A stretch of DNA of 64,000 nucleotides from Desulfosudaceae bacterium. Its GTDB lineage: Bacteria; Desulfobacterota; Desulfobacteria; Desulfobacterales; Desulfosudaceae. A program made the position numbers and the translations under genes. This document shows, piece after piece, positions 48,608-58,385 of this stretch. The stretch is taken from contig CAXXDV010000001.1 of assembly GCA_963674745.2 (NCBI GenBank), forward strand, positions 1,120,001 to 1,184,000, given 5' to 3'. The notes beneath the pieces were generated by a model. It saw nothing but the letters and a program-made list of their open reading frames with translations, was not told the origin of the DNA and searched no databases. Position 1 is the stretch's first letter. Every line of letters starts with the position of its first letter.

Positions 48608-50401
48608 ATGGCCATCCAAAAATTCCGCAACGTTCATGACATGATGAAAACAACGGTTGACGCGTACCCTGACAAACCGGCCTATCAATGGTTTTCAGAA
48701 ACGGGAAAAGCGGTTGCGCCGATCACATGGCGCGATTTTTATCCGCAGGTCACCAGTGTCGCCAAAAGCCTGATGGCCCTCGGGGTTGAGAAAAACGATA
48801 AAATCAACATATTAAGTTATACCAGTTACCGCTGGATACTCACCGACCTGGGTATAACGACCTGCGGTGCGGCCACCGTCGGAATTTACCAGTCCAACCT
48901 GCCCAAGGACTGCCAGTATATTATCAATCACTCCGATGCGGTCATCGTTTTCGCGGAGAACCAGGCCCAGCTGGACAAGCTGTTTGAAATCAGAAAAGAG
49001 ATTCCCGCCATCCGCAAGGTCATTCTGTTTAACGGCACCCATAATGATGACTGGGTAATGAGCTTTGAAGAATTTCTGGAACTCGGCCGGGATATTGGTG
49101 ATGATGCCCTGCAGAAACGGATTGACGCTACTTCTGCCGACGATGTGGCCGGTATTGTTTATACTTCCGGCACCACCGGCGTTCCCAAGGGTGCGGTGCT
49201 CACCCACGACAACTTCACCTTTACCTCCCAATCCGCTCTGGCCTGTCTTGACGCACACTCAAACGATACGACCTTTCTTTTTCTTCCCATGGCCCACGTG
49301 TTTGCCCGAATCTGCGTCAACCTGGCCCTGCTGGTGGGTGCCAAGACGGTCGTCGCCCGAAGCATCGACACCCTGGTTGATGACCTCAAGACCGCTCAAC
49401 CCGACTGGTTCGCGAGCGTACCCCGCATTTATGAAAAAGTATACGCCAAAGTGGTCAGCGGCGCGGAAGCCAAGGGCGGCGCGGCGCTTAAAATCTTTCA
49501 CTGGGCATGCGCTGTCGGGGACGAGGTCAGCGACTGCCTGCTGAACAAACGCCCCATTCCCGCCATGACCAAACTCAAATACAAAATTGCCACCAAACTG
49601 GTTTTCAGCAAACTGCAGGCCGCCCTGGGCGGCCGGGTCAAATGGTGCATTTCCGGTGCCGCCCCCCTGAACCCGTCCATTGCCAAATTTTTCCATGCCG
49701 CCGGGATTCTGATCTTAGAAGGCATCGGCATGAGTGAAAACACCTCTTTTACCAGTGTCAATCGCCTCGACAATTACCGCTTCGGCTGGGTCGGACAGCC
49801 CGGACCGGGTATTGAACAGAAAGCCGATGAGGACGGCGAAATCCTGTTCCGGGGTCGAAACGTGATGAAAGAGTATTATAAAATGCCGGAGGAAACCGAA
49901 AAAACCATTCTACAGGGCGGCTGGCAACGCACCGGTGATCTGGGCGAAATCGACGCTGACAATTTTCTCAGAATAACCGGCCGAAAAAAAGACCTGATTA
50001 TTACGGCCGGCGGTAAAAACATCGCTCCGTCAGCCATAGAAGGGGTCATCGCCACCTCCAAATACATCGCCCAGGTTTGTGTTATCGGCGATAAACGCAA
50101 GTACCTGACCGCCTTGGTTACGCTGGATCAGGAGACCGTCACCGAATTTGCGGATGATCACGATATTGACTATAACAGCTTTGATGACCTGCTCGCAGAC
50201 GAAGCGATTATCGACCTCATCAACAAAGAGGTGACTGATAAAAACAAGGGCTTTGCCTCGTTTGAATCAATCAAAAAAGTTACCATTGTCCCGGAATTCA
50301 CCATCGAAAACGGCCTGATCACCCCGACTTTCAAGGTTAAAAAAAATATCGTTCAGGACCGCTTCAAGGATGAGATCGATGCCATGTATCCGGGCGAGTA
50401 A
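48608..50401 (+). CDS. fadD: Long-chain fatty acid-CoA ligase
   Basis: YTSGTTGVPKG, LEGIGMSE, TGDLG, GRKKDLII..GKNIAP; RBS AAGGAGG. Confidence 0.92.
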   Translation: MAIQKFRNVHDMMKTTVDAYPDKPAYQWFSETGKAVAPITWRDFYPQVTSVAKSLMALGVEKNDKINILSYTSYRWILTDLGITTCGAATVGIYQSNLPKDCQYIINHSDAVIVFAENQAQLDKLFEIRKEIPAIRKVILFNGTHNDDWVMSFEEFLELGRDIGDDALQKRIDATSADDVAGIVYTSGTTGVPKGAVLTHDNFTFTSQSALACLDAHSNDTTFLFLPMAHVFARICVNLALLVGAKTVVARSIDTLVDDLKTAQPDWFASVPRIYEKVYAKVVSGAEAKGGAALKIFHWACAVGDEVSDCLLNKRPIPAMTKLKYKIATKLVFSKLQAALGGRVKWCISGAAPLNPSIAKFFHAAGILILEGIGMSENTSFTSVNRLDNYRFGWVGQPGPGIEQKADEDGEILFRGRNVMKEYYKMPEETEKTILQGGWQRTGDLGEIDADNFLRITGRKKDLIITAGGKNIAPSAIEGVIATSKYIAQVCVIGDKRKYLTALVTLDQETVTEFADDHDIDYNSFDDLLADEAIIDLINKEVTDKNKGFASFESIKKVTIVPEFTIENGLITPTFKVKKNIVQDRFKDEIDAMYPGE

Positions 50402-50403
50402 AC

Positions 50404-50660
50404 GTGTTAAGGTTTTAGCGTTTTAAGGTTTTAGGGTTTGGGGTGAGGAGGGTTGGGGCTATAAAGTTTTAGTGGTTAAGTGATTATGTGTTTATGTGAT
50501 TAAGGGGGTTAGGCTTGGAGATCGGGGATTGGAAAGAAGGGGCTCTGGCGCTTAAATGGTTCGGGGTTTTATGGTTTTAGAGTGTTAAAGTTTTAGGGTG
50601 CCGGGGCTATAAAGCTTTAGTGGTTAAGTGATTATGTGTTTATGTGATTAAGCGGTTAGG
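50404..50660. repeat. Left octamer-periodic repeat array
   Basis: Units such as GTTTTAGG, GGTTAAGT, GATTATGT, GTTTATGT; internal 50-bp direct repeat 50455-50504 / 50603-50652 (1 mismatch). Confidence 0.85.
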
Positions 50661-50680
50661 TAATCTTTTGACCGGTCGCA

Positions 50681-50703
50681 CCACAAAAGCTTTTGCTTTG
50701 TGG
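50681..50703 (-). terminator. Hairpin immediately after the stop of the DAC-like gene
   Basis: CCACAAAAGC-TTTT-GCTTTGTGG. Confidence 0.45.
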
Positions 50704-52515
50704 TTATTGTTTCATCCAGCCCCAAGCGTTTCGGTCGGGAATAACGTTTTGATAAAGAACGACTTCTTTATCATCGTCTGTGCAAAAAACACTGATTCCA
50801 CCATCTTGCGACACTACAATAGCAATTGCATCTTCATCTTCGCTGCAGTATCCGAATGCTGATCGATGACGCATTCCGAACCCGTCTAGCTTCTTACTGC
50901 CAACTTCGATAGTTCCTGGACCAATACCGATAGCGCGTGCCATACATTTAACTTCCGTATTGGGCGGTGCCGGTTTATACGAAATCTCCGTACCAAACCC
51001 TTGTATCAATAAATCATCGCTAATAATAGTAGCACCATCAACGGCCGTAAGAGCCGCCACTGTGTCAATTGCACGGGTCAGTGCTCGGCGAGAGAAGTGA
51101 GCTTGTTCGATCATGGACGCGTTATTGTTGAATTCCGGTTGCTTTAATGATTCCTCAATCTCTGCATAACTCACAATGGCTTTTCGAAGAATCGCTGCAT
51201 CAGTGTTGTGTTTATGGGTCAATCGTTGATCACATTTAGCTCCAAGCAACAATGTTCCACCATGAGCATTAGCAACCATTTTTTGGATAATTTTGCAAAG
51301 CGCAAATTCACCGACTGCGGATGCGGATATAGATCGGCTTTCTTCCGGCAAAGCCTGTTGAAACCATTTTCTGAGTCGTTTCACCCCCACAATGGGTTGA
51401 AAATAATGGCTTCGTCCATTTCTTAACTCCCAATGATGGTTGCTGTCTACTATTTGGATATGTCCTGCTCCAAGAACGCGGAGTCGGAGATCCACCTCCG
51501 TAACTGATCTGGAAGCCTTTCTAACGAACGACCACCGCAATACGTCATCTTGCCATTTTTTTTGCAACTCTAAATCTGTAATTCCTCGTATTTCAAGTGA
51601 AGCATGGTCAGCACGTGGACAGACAATCAAATGGCGGAAACCAAGACCGATTGTCGGTGCCAGCTTTACAAGATTCTTCGTTGAATATTCTGCAGTAAAC
51701 GGGATTTCCACAAATTCAGATGTAGCCTCGAATTTGATCTTAAAACGAACAGGTCTTCCCTCTTCATTTTGCAGGCTAGCATCATACGCATTTACAACCA
51801 TATCTCGAAGAAATGTGCATGGATTGGGCCGCCGTTCATATGCGATTGATTCAAAAAACTTACAATATTCTTCGGCGAGGCCTTCAGGACCACAACGAAC
51901 TGTCGAGTCCTTGATTCTTTGCTGAACTTGCTTGCGGTGGGCTTCCAACAAAAAAACAAACTCTTTAGACATTGAAGAAAACCACTCCGGAGCGTTGCCG
52001 TCCCAGAGGCCACCAAGTTGCCCGCTGTTGGTTGGGTCTAGGAAGTTTCCATTACCTTCAAGTTGCTTTAGGGCTCTAAAATCGGTTATTAAAGCCTGCA
52101 TAAGATCGTTTTCTGCATCAACAGAAACTATTTCTCGAACCGACGATAATGCTAATTGTATAATATCAAAAGCCGACGAAGACATCTCGTCCACATCGTT
52201 GTGGCTTGGCGTGGCATTATTAAGACGAAATAATCGGTGCTTCAACTGAACCGCCTTACGAATCGCCTCGTCAGCTTTGATAATTGGCATTGAATCCCCA
52301 GAATACTGGGCCAATCCACAACCTTCAATTTCTCCTGTTTGGCAGAATGACTCAACAGTATCGAGCCCAAAACTTAGTCTTGTAGCAGTTTCTATGCGAC
52401 TTTCTTGTTCGTTTTCGGAGAGAATGGGGAGAATGCGCCGAGCTAGCCGCACAACTAAGGCGAGCAACTGTCGGCCGCTAAGGGATGCAAGATCATTTTG
52501 GGTGAGCTTATCCAA
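50704..52515 (-). CDS. Multidomain protein with C-terminal DisA_N-like diadenylate cyclase domain and a DACNV-like sensor domain
   Basis: HGG, AVDGATII..GFG, GMRHRSA, AIVVSQDG (DAC catalytic DGA and RHR motifs); middle ASLQNEEGRP..F..LVKLAP; TTG start. Confidence 0.75.
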   Translation of the reverse strand: MDKLTQNDLASLSGRQLLALVVRLARRILPILSENEQESRIETATRLSFGLDTVESFCQTGEIEGCGLAQYSGDSMPIIKADEAIRKAVQLKHRLFRLNNATPSHNDVDEMSSSAFDIIQLALSSVREIVSVDAENDLMQALITDFRALKQLEGNGNFLDPTNSGQLGGLWDGNAPEWFSSMSKEFVFLLEAHRKQVQQRIKDSTVRCGPEGLAEEYCKFFESIAYERRPNPCTFLRDMVVNAYDASLQNEEGRPVRFKIKFEATSEFVEIPFTAEYSTKNLVKLAPTIGLGFRHLIVCPRADHASLEIRGITDLELQKKWQDDVLRWSFVRKASRSVTEVDLRLRVLGAGHIQIVDSNHHWELRNGRSHYFQPIVGVKRLRKWFQQALPEESRSISASAVGEFALCKIIQKMVANAHGGTLLLGAKCDQRLTHKHNTDAAILRKAIVSYAEIEESLKQPEFNNNASMIEQAHFSRRALTRAIDTVAALTAVDGATIISDDLLIQGFGTEISYKPAPPNTEVKCMARAIGIGPGTIEVGSKKLDGFGMRHRSAFGYCSEDEDAIAIVVSQDGGISVFCTDDDKEVVLYQNVIPDRNAWGWMKQ

Positions 52516-52520
52516 TCGAA

Positions 52521-52666
52521 ACCTTAATCACATAATCACCTAAACACATAACCACTTAACTACCAGAGCCGAGGCCCTCCGCGCCCCAAACCCTAAAACT
52601 TTAAAACTCTAAAACCATAAAGCCCTTAACCACCAGCGCCCCGGACCCTCGCACCTCAAACCCAAA
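52521..52666. repeat. Right octamer-periodic repeat array (inverted relative to the left array)
   Basis: 52590-52621 is the reverse complement of 50568-50599 at 31/32; 52523-52560 mirrors GTTAAGTGATTATGTGTTTATGTGATTAAG. Confidence 0.85.
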
Positions 52667-53680
52667 TCAAAGGTCCACCCCATTGATCAGGGTCTGACAA
52701 TAAGCACAGCGACCGTTTGTAATGCGGTAGTTTTTCAATTCATAATAGCCGGCCCGTTCGACGATTATTTTACCGCAATCCGGGCAATAGGTATTTTCGC
52801 TGGGGTGTCCGTGAACGTTGCCGATGTAGACATATTTCAAACCGGCTTTCAAACCGATTTCACGTGCCCGGGTCAGGCTTCCGATCGGTGTCGGCGAAAC
52901 ATCCATGAGCTTGTAGGCGGGCTGAAAACGGCTGATATGCCAGGGGGTTTCCGGGCCCAGTTCATTGACCAGAAATTCGGACAGGTTTTTAAGCTCCTGT
53001 TCCGAATCGTTCATCCCCGGAACCACCAGGGTGGTCACCTCCACAAAAACGCCCCTTCTTTGAAAATGCTTCAGGCTTTCCTTTACGGGCTCCAGTCGCG
53101 CCTCGCACAATTCCTGGTAAAACTCATCATTGTAGCTTTTTAAATCAACACTGGCCGCGTCAAGATAAGGGGCGATCATATCGATGGCATCGGTGGACAT
53201 ATAACCGTTGGTTACAAAAACGTTTTTCAAGCCCTTTTCGTGAGCCAGCAAGGCCGTATCATAACAGAACTCAAAGTTCACCGTGGGTTCCGTATAGGTA
53301 TAGGCAATACTGCCACACTTGTTTTTCAGGGCATCGTCGACCACGTCGGCGGCGGAAAAAACGTTTTCACCCACCCTTCCGGCTTCCCGGGGCATCTGTG
53401 AAATTTCGGCATTCTGACAGAACGCACACCGAAAGTTACACCCAGCGGCGCCGATGGAATACGTCTGGCTTCCCGGCATCACATGGAAGAGGGGTTTTTT
53501 CTCGATGGGATCGGGATTGATGGCGACCAGCCGACTGTATACCAGCGTTTCTAAGACACCGTTCACATTCTGCCTGACTTTGCATTTGCCGAAGCCGTTG
53601 TTGTTGATGACACATCGATGATTGCATAGCAGGCATTGCACCTTCTTGTCTTCAATGGTTTCATAGAACAACGCTTCCAC
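52667..53680 (-). CDS. amrS: AmmeMemoRadiSam system radical SAM enzyme
   Basis: CLLCNHRC, DPIEKKPLFH, GCNFRCAFCQN, YTYTEP, HISRF, YVYIGNV, CPDCG. Confidence 0.9.
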   Translation of the reverse strand: MEALFYETIEDKKVQCLLCNHRCVINNNGFGKCKVRQNVNGVLETLVYSRLVAINPDPIEKKPLFHVMPGSQTYSIGAAGCNFRCAFCQNAEISQMPREAGRVGENVFSAADVVDDALKNKCGSIAYTYTEPTVNFEFCYDTALLAHEKGLKNVFVTNGYMSTDAIDMIAPYLDAASVDLKSYNDEFYQELCEARLEPVKESLKHFQRRGVFVEVTTLVVPGMNDSEQELKNLSEFLVNELGPETPWHISRFQPAYKLMDVSPTPIGSLTRAREIGLKAGLKYVYIGNVHGHPSENTYCPDCGKIIVERAGYYELKNYRITNGRCAYCQTLINGVDL

Positions 53681-54485
53681 GATGATTCCTCTCTTTTTTT
53701 GATGTTATCCCTTCAATGTTCATGACCTCGGTTGACATGCTGCCGACCAGGGCGCCGGCGCTTTTGGGAGGCGCGTATTTCAAGGCCAGGGGACGCGTTC
53801 TGAAACGGGGAACCAGCAACGCCGATACACCGGCAAAGGCGCCGAACGGAAACCGTTTCATCAGGCCGGAGGATTCCATTTTCCGTAAAACACTGCCTTC
53901 AAAATAGGGTAAATGACAGATGGTTTTCCACTTGACAGGAACATCACCCATGATGGCGCGAATCTCCGACTTAAGTTCCCAGACACTGAAAAACCGTGCT
54001 TTGTTATAAATGGATTCGGAAAATACACCTCTTACCCGGCGTTCTATTCCTTTGATGGCATAGCGGTTCATCACACCGATAAAGACTTTATCTTTGGCTA
54101 CCCGGCAGGCCTCCCGCAAAGCGGCCCGGGGGTCCTCAACAAACTCGAGTGAAGCAAAAAAAACGGTATGGTTAAAAGAGTTATCGCCAAAAGGCAGGTC
54201 TTCGGCAATCCCCCGGTAGAGATCCGCCCGACGGTTGATTCGTTTATAAGCGACATCCAGCATATAGGGAGAAGGGTCTATTCCGGTCACATCAAGGCCC
54301 TTGTCCAGTAATGTGAGCAGGCTGGTGCCGATGCCGCAGCCGATATCCAGAACGCTTTCGCCGGAAACCGGTTTGAGCATGTCACACATCAACGCCCCTT
54401 CCAGACGGGCAATATCGCCATACCGTCGATCCTGACGCTCTTTTTCAAAGGCTTGAGAATCTTTCTGGTTGAATACGTATCCCAT
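53661..54485 (-). CDS. Class I SAM-dependent methyltransferase
   Basis: VLDIGCGIG, GIDPS, AEDLPF. Confidence 0.9.
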   Translation of the reverse strand: MGYVFNQKDSQAFEKERQDRRYGDIARLEGALMCDMLKPVSGESVLDIGCGIGTSLLTLLDKGLDVTGIDPSPYMLDVAYKRINRRADLYRGIAEDLPFGDNSFNHTVFFASLEFVEDPRAALREACRVAKDKVFIGVMNRYAIKGIERRVRGVFSESIYNKARFFSVWELKSEIRAIMGDVPVKWKTICHLPYFEGSVLRKMESSGLMKRFPFGAFAGVSALLVPRFRTRPLALKYAPPKSAGALVGSMSTEVMNIEGITSKKERNHRGSVVL

Positions 54486-54533
54486 AAGTCAAAAATACGA
54501 AACCCTTCTGTTTTTATCAAGCAGCACTGCTGG

Positions 54534-55061
54534 TTACAATTTATTCGTCTTCTTTTTAACCTTTCGCTGCTTCCGGGAAAGGCGGAAGCGGGGTCCTTTT
54601 TTTCTGGTTGAAACCGCCGGCAATGGATACTCCTCCTCATCTTCCGGCAATATCTCCCCGGAAGATTCCGGCAAGGAGAATAACTTGCTGTCAAAAGCCT
54701 CAGAACGAATCACCGTCGCCCCCTGGGCCGCGGCAAAGTCCGAAACATCACGATCCGAGCTGACCACCAGGGCTTTTCCTTTTTCCCGGGCAGCCAGTTG
54801 CTTGATCACCAAATCGGCGGTCTGACCGGTTTGTGAAAAAATCACTTCTACGCCTTTAACCTTTTCTTTTCGGGTCAGATCAGACGGTGCCCGGGTGCCG
54901 TCAAACACGACAGTTACGGCATGCGGCTTGCGGCGTATATACGCGGCCAGGCTGTTAATCAGAGCTTCTCTTTCCTGCTGCAAATCCCGGGTGTTGAGAA
55001 AAAGTGATGACATGGATTGACGAATAAAATTATACCCGTCGATTATGATATGAACCGCCAT
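54534..55061 (-). CDS. NYN-domain (YacP/Rae1-like) ribonuclease
   Basis: IIDGYN, VVFDG, TAD..I, VVSSD. Confidence 0.88.
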   Translation of the reverse strand: MAVHIIIDGYNFIRQSMSSLFLNTRDLQQEREALINSLAAYIRRKPHAVTVVFDGTRAPSDLTRKEKVKGVEVIFSQTGQTADLVIKQLAAREKGKALVVSSDRDVSDFAAAQGATVIRSEAFDSKLFSLPESSGEILPEDEEEYPLPAVSTRKKGPRFRLSRKQRKVKKKTNKL

Positions 55062-55169
55062 AGGTCAAACATGCTGAGCTTATAAAATGTTGCCTCTCCC
55101 CCCCTGACAGAATTCTGAAGCCTAAGTTTACGACGGTAAAAGAAAAAATTCAAGACCGGTTTAAATTTA

Positions 55170-56081
55170 TTATTTATCCAGAAGCGCCAGCAACCGGTTC
55201 AGATCATCGTCAGTGTAAAATTCGATTTCAATCTTTCCCCGACGGCCTTTGCGCTGAATCCGGACTTTGGTACCAAAGATCCGGGAAAACTTTTCTGCCA
55301 GAGACGAAAGGTGGGTGGCAGCACTGTCATCGCCTGTTTTGCCTGTCGCGGCAGCCGCTTTGGCGGGGGTACCGGTTTTTTTAATCAGCGCTTCGGTCTG
55401 CCTGACCGAAAGCGCTTTGGTCAGGATTTCTTTCCAGGCAGCATTCTGCTGTTGCGGTGTTTTTGCCCCTAGCAATGCCCGGGCATGCCCCATGGTCAAA
55501 TCACCCTTGATGATGCTGTCCTGGATATAATCGGGCAGTTTTCGCAGTCTCAGCAGATTGGTAATGGTTGTCCGATTTTTTCCTACACTGGCCGCAACCT
55601 GCTCCTGTGAAAAACCGAATTCAGAGACCAGCCGGTGGTAACCATCGGCCTCTTCAATGGGGTTTAAATTTTCCCGCTGGACATTTTCCATGATGGAATA
55701 AACCAGATGCTGCCTGTCGTCCATCTCCCGGACAATGACCGGTACCTGGGAAAGTCCGGCCATTTTAGCGGCACGAAGCCGTCGCTCACCGGCCACAAGC
55801 TCAAAGCCGGAAGGAGATTTGCGGACCAGGATCGGCTGAATGACGCCCTCCTGGCGGATGGAATCAGCCAGTTCGGTCAGCTCCTGTTCCGAAAACACCG
55901 TCCTGGACTGATAGCGATTAGGTCCTATTTGCTTGATATCACAAAGAAAGTAATCTTTTTCACTCCCGGCCTGGGTAACGACCTGAATATCAGGAAAAAG
56001 CGCGTCCAGCCCCCTGCCCAGAACCCGTTTTTTGCGGGCCGCCTCTTTTTTTCCTGTTTTCTTTGACGGTTTTGTCGACAT
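55170..56081 (-). CDS. parB: ParB/Spo0J partition protein
   Basis: LGRGLDAL, GVIQPI, AGERRLRA, ENVQRENL, GHARALL. Confidence 0.95.
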   Translation of the reverse strand: MSTKPSKKTGKKEAARKKRVLGRGLDALFPDIQVVTQAGSEKDYFLCDIKQIGPNRYQSRTVFSEQELTELADSIRQEGVIQPILVRKSPSGFELVAGERRLRAAKMAGLSQVPVIVREMDDRQHLVYSIMENVQRENLNPIEEADGYHRLVSEFGFSQEQVAASVGKNRTTITNLLRLRKLPDYIQDSIIKGDLTMGHARALLGAKTPQQQNAAWKEILTKALSVRQTEALIKKTGTPAKAAAATGKTGDDSAATHLSSLAEKFSRIFGTKVRIQRKGRRGKIEIEFYTDDDLNRLLALLDK

Positions 56082-56099
56082 TTTTTAAACAAACCCCCG

Positions 56100-56861
56100 T
56101 TAAGACCTTGCCAGGAGCTCCCTGGCCAGCGACAGATAGCTTTTGGCACCGGCAGAAGCCGGGGCATATTGCGTAATCGGCAGACCGTAACTCGGTGCTT
56201 CCCCCAGCCTGACATTTCTTGGAATCCGCGTATTAAAAACCAGGTCCGCGAAATAATTTTCCGTATCCTCGGTTACCTGATGAGACAGGTTGGTCCGCGT
56301 ATCAAACATGGTCAGCAAAATTCCGGCTATTTTCAGTGGCGGGTTCAGCACCTGCTTAATGCGTTTAATCGTTTGAATCAACTGCCCCAGGCCTTCTAAA
56401 GCGTAAAATTCGCTCTGCAGCGGAATCAACACGGAATCGGCAGCCGATATGGCGTTGATTGTCAGCAGGCTCAAGGATGGCGGGCAATCCAGAAGAATAT
56501 AGTCATAGGCGCCATTTAATTCGGCAATGCTGTTTTTCAGCACTTTTTCCTTGTCCGGGGCGTCAACCATTTCCACTTCAAACCCGGACAATTCGATTTT
56601 TGAAGGGATTATCTTCAAGTTATCCACAGCCGTATCCACCACCACGCCGCTTGCCTGCTCGGCACCGATCAGAACATGATAAAGCGTTCTGCTTAACGTC
56701 GCCTTGTCAATGCCGACACCGGTGGTGGCATTGGCCTGAGGGTCACAATCAACCAACAGCGTCTTCTGCCCGGACGCGGCCAGAGCCGCCGCCAGATTGA
56801 CCGCCGTGGTTGTTTTACCCACCCCGCCCTTCTGATTGGCTATACAGATTACGTTTGTCAT
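56100..56861 (-). CDS. parA: ParA/Soj ATPase
   Basis: NQKGGVGKTTT, DPQAN, DCPPSL, RNVRLGEAPS; start approximate. Confidence 0.95.
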   Translation of the reverse strand: MTNVICIANQKGGVGKTTTAVNLAAALAASGQKTLLVDCDPQANATTGVGIDKATLSRTLYHVLIGAEQASGVVVDTAVDNLKIIPSKIELSGFEVEMVDAPDKEKVLKNSIAELNGAYDYILLDCPPSLSLLTINAISAADSVLIPLQSEFYALEGLGQLIQTIKRIKQVLNPPLKIAGILLTMFDTRTNLSHQVTEDTENYFADLVFNTRIPRNVRLGEAPSYGLPITQYAPASAGAKSYLSLARELLARS

Positions 56862-56919
56862 AACGTCTGCCATACCACAAAACATTTTCTTTGGAAAGAA
56901 TATATGATAAGGGTTTTAC

Positions 56920-58368
56920 ATGTATCCGCAAACAAAATTTTTCCCTGTTTTAACGCTGATTATAACGGGATTGTTTCTGCTGTCGGTAACGACAACCCCA
57001 GTTCGGGCACTGACGGTTTCTGAAGAGCGGGAGCTTGGTGACGAATTTGTGAAACACGCCCGCGAGGCTTACGCGTTTGTAGACGACCCTTTTGTTAACG
57101 ACTACATTAACCGGCTGGGTCAGAAGCTGGTGGCAGCCTTTCCGGCACAACCCTTTGATTTTAATTTTTATATTATCAAAAACCCCGTTTATAACGCTTT
57201 CGCAGCGCCGGCCGGACACGTTTTTATCCATAGCGGCCTGATCAGCGCCATGGATTCCGAAAGCGAACTGGCCGGCATCCTGGCACATGAAATCGCCCAT
57301 GTGTACTGCCGACATATATCCGAAAAAATTGAAAAATCAAAAAAGCTGTCGCTGGCTACCCTGGCCGGGATAACAGCCGGCATCTTTCTCGGCAGCGGCG
57401 CCCTGGCCATTGGTTCGGCTGCCGCAGGACAGGCCGCCAGCCTGGCTTACAGCCGACAGGACGAACAACAGGCAGACCAGATCGGTGTTCAGTATATGGC
57501 GGCCGCCAATTACAATGCTCAGGGGCTGCTGACCATGTTGAAAAAGATCAAGGACAAACACTGGTTCACTGAACTGGAAGTACCCACATACCTGACCACA
57601 CATCCTGGAACAGACGAGCGCATTGTCTACATCGATTCTATGCTGGCTTCTGATCGATACAGGCCCCGACAACCACAAACTCCTGAAAATGAAGCGGATT
57701 TCCGTTTAGCGTGGACGATTATCACGGCCACCTGTGACGATGCCGACCTGGCGCTAAAACAGATGAAAGCGCGAATCGACCGCGATGACAAGGACGCTCT
57801 GGCGCATTTGGGCTACGCGCTGGCTTTGTCCAGAAAAGCGCGGCATGCTGAAGCCATTGCACATTTGTACACGGCCCTTGACGAAAACGTCTTTGTACCC
57901 CAGATATTAACAACCCTGGGAATCACCTATGTTCTTACGGGCAACTACGAAAAAGCACTGAAAATATTGGAAGACATTCCGGAAACACCTTACTGGGACT
58001 ATAAAAAGCAGTTTTTTCAGGCTGAGGCCGCTGAAAACACCGGTCAGCCGGAAAAAAGCATTGCCCTGCTTGAAGACATAATCAGCAAAAAACCGGATTA
58101 TTACAATGCCGTCTATGCCCTGGGCATGATATACGGCCGGCATGAACAACCGTCCCAGGCGCATTATTATCTGGGTCTTTACTACCATAATATCAAAGAC
58201 CCGAAAAATGCCATGTTTCACCTCCAAAAGGCGCTTGATCTGACCGATGACCCGGAGCGTAAAAAAGAAATCAAGGACCTGATGACGTCTTCCGGAAAAG
58301 ATAACCGCCGCACACCGCCCAACAAGTCGACCAATATACGTAACCTTTCAAAATTAAAATTCTTCTGA
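56920..58368 (+). CDS. M48 metalloprotease with TPR repeats (BepA/YfgC-like)
   Basis: Signal peptide, NAFA.P.G, HEIAH, YSRQDEQQAD, THP, TPRs. Confidence 0.9.
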   Translation: MYPQTKFFPVLTLIITGLFLLSVTTTPVRALTVSEERELGDEFVKHAREAYAFVDDPFVNDYINRLGQKLVAAFPAQPFDFNFYIIKNPVYNAFAAPAGHVFIHSGLISAMDSESELAGILAHEIAHVYCRHISEKIEKSKKLSLATLAGITAGIFLGSGALAIGSAAAGQAASLAYSRQDEQQADQIGVQYMAAANYNAQGLLTMLKKIKDKHWFTELEVPTYLTTHPGTDERIVYIDSMLASDRYRPRQPQTPENEADFRLAWTIITATCDDADLALKQMKARIDRDDKDALAHLGYALALSRKARHAEAIAHLYTALDENVFVPQILTTLGITYVLTGNYEKALKILEDIPETPYWDYKKQFFQAEAAENTGQPEKSIALLEDIISKKPDYYNAVYALGMIYGRHEQPSQAHYYLGLYYHNIKDPKNAMFHLQKALDLTDDPERKKEIKDLMTSSGKDNRRTPPNKSTNIRNLSKLKFF

Positions 58369-58385
58369 TCTGTTTTGAGTTTTAT

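Noticed and set aside
50404..50660. Possible CRISPR array
   Set aside because: Only two copies of the 50-bp repeat, the intervening DNA is itself made of octamer repeats, there are no unique spacers and no cas genes
55170..56861. parAB as a sign of a plasmid or prophage
   Set aside because: Soj/Spo0J chromosomal type amid housekeeping genes; no replication, phage or conjugation genes
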